Below are positions 44,319-44,492 of a stretch of DNA of 44,492 bases, piece after piece; positions within the stretch are counted from its first letter, which is position 1, and each line of letters begins with the position of its first letter. Under the pieces are notes generated by a model. That model saw only the letters and a list, made by a program, of their open reading frames with translations, did not search any database and was not told the origin of the DNA. The stretch spans positions 1 through 44,492 of the forward strand of contig JAUWIC010000069.1 of assembly GCA_030605575.1 (NCBI GenBank), in the 5' to 3' direction. The DNA comes from Dehalococcoidia bacterium (lineage in GTDB: Bacteria > Chloroflexota > Dehalococcoidia > Dehalococcoidales > E44-bin46). A program made the translations under genes and the position numbers.

Positions 44319-44492
44319 GTGATTGTTGACAAAGTGGTAGTAGGACCGTTTGCTTCTAACTGCTATATCGTGGGCTCTGAATCTGATAATGAGGGGATGA
44401 TAATTGACCCCGGTGCTAGCACTAAGCAGATTTTGAGGGATGTTAAGGAACTGGGGCTTAACATCAGGCTTATTGTTCTGACCCACGGACAT
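44319..44492 (+). CDS. MBL-fold metallo-hydrolase (glyoxalase II-like), 5' partial
   Basis: Absent from the track. GTG 44319 gives MIVDKVVVGPFASNCYIVG...IIDPG...IVLTHGH, cut by the window end at the HxHxDH motif. Confidence 0.88.
   Translation, partial: MIVDKVVVGPFASNCYIVGSESDNEGMIIDPGASTKQILRDVKELGLNIRLIVLTHGH

Noticed and set aside
44301-44492. 63-aa minus-strand ORF at the window end
   Set aside because: Antisense to the partial MBL-fold hydrolase, which carries clear family motifs

Overview
A 44.5-kb chromosomal segment from an anaerobic bacterium. Gene content, an alpha2-type GlyRS and the repeat style suggest Chloroflexota/Dehalococcoidia, which is inference only. The left 27 kb hold two paralogous modules. 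Each pairs a NarL-family response regulator and membrane PAS histidine kinase with a divergently transcribed small unknown protein and a HydC/HydB (NuoE/NuoF)-type flavin/Fe-S complex. Module 1 resembles a Sporomusa-type Stn transhydrogenase (StnABC-like) and is cut off by the window edge. Module 2 is a five-subunit group-3 [NiFe]-hydrogenase whose NuoF subunit is fused to a GltD/NfnB NADP(H) module. The two divergent intergenic regions share a conserved promoter/operator architecture. Between the modules lie an NDP-sugar nucleotidyltransferase, an orphan hisF, a palindromic REPIN/MITE-like element, tRNA-Leu(TAG) and a non-pyrrolysine MttB / RACo / methyl-THF methyltransferase cluster with no corrinoid protein. 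The right part holds ABC solute-binding proteins and permeases without an ATPase, a tandem SDR duplication, surE and a cobalamin riboswitch with btuCD. It also has an RRM-bS21-Zn-ribbon cassette with a truncated hpt, flanked by a 15-bp direct repeat of the btuD 3' end, followed by apt, a GyrI-like gene, sbcD, a hicA-hicB-Cas2/VapD-like operon, glyQS and a partial MBL-fold hydrolase. No CRISPR array, integrase or transposase was seen. All calls come from motif recognition by eye, with no database searches.
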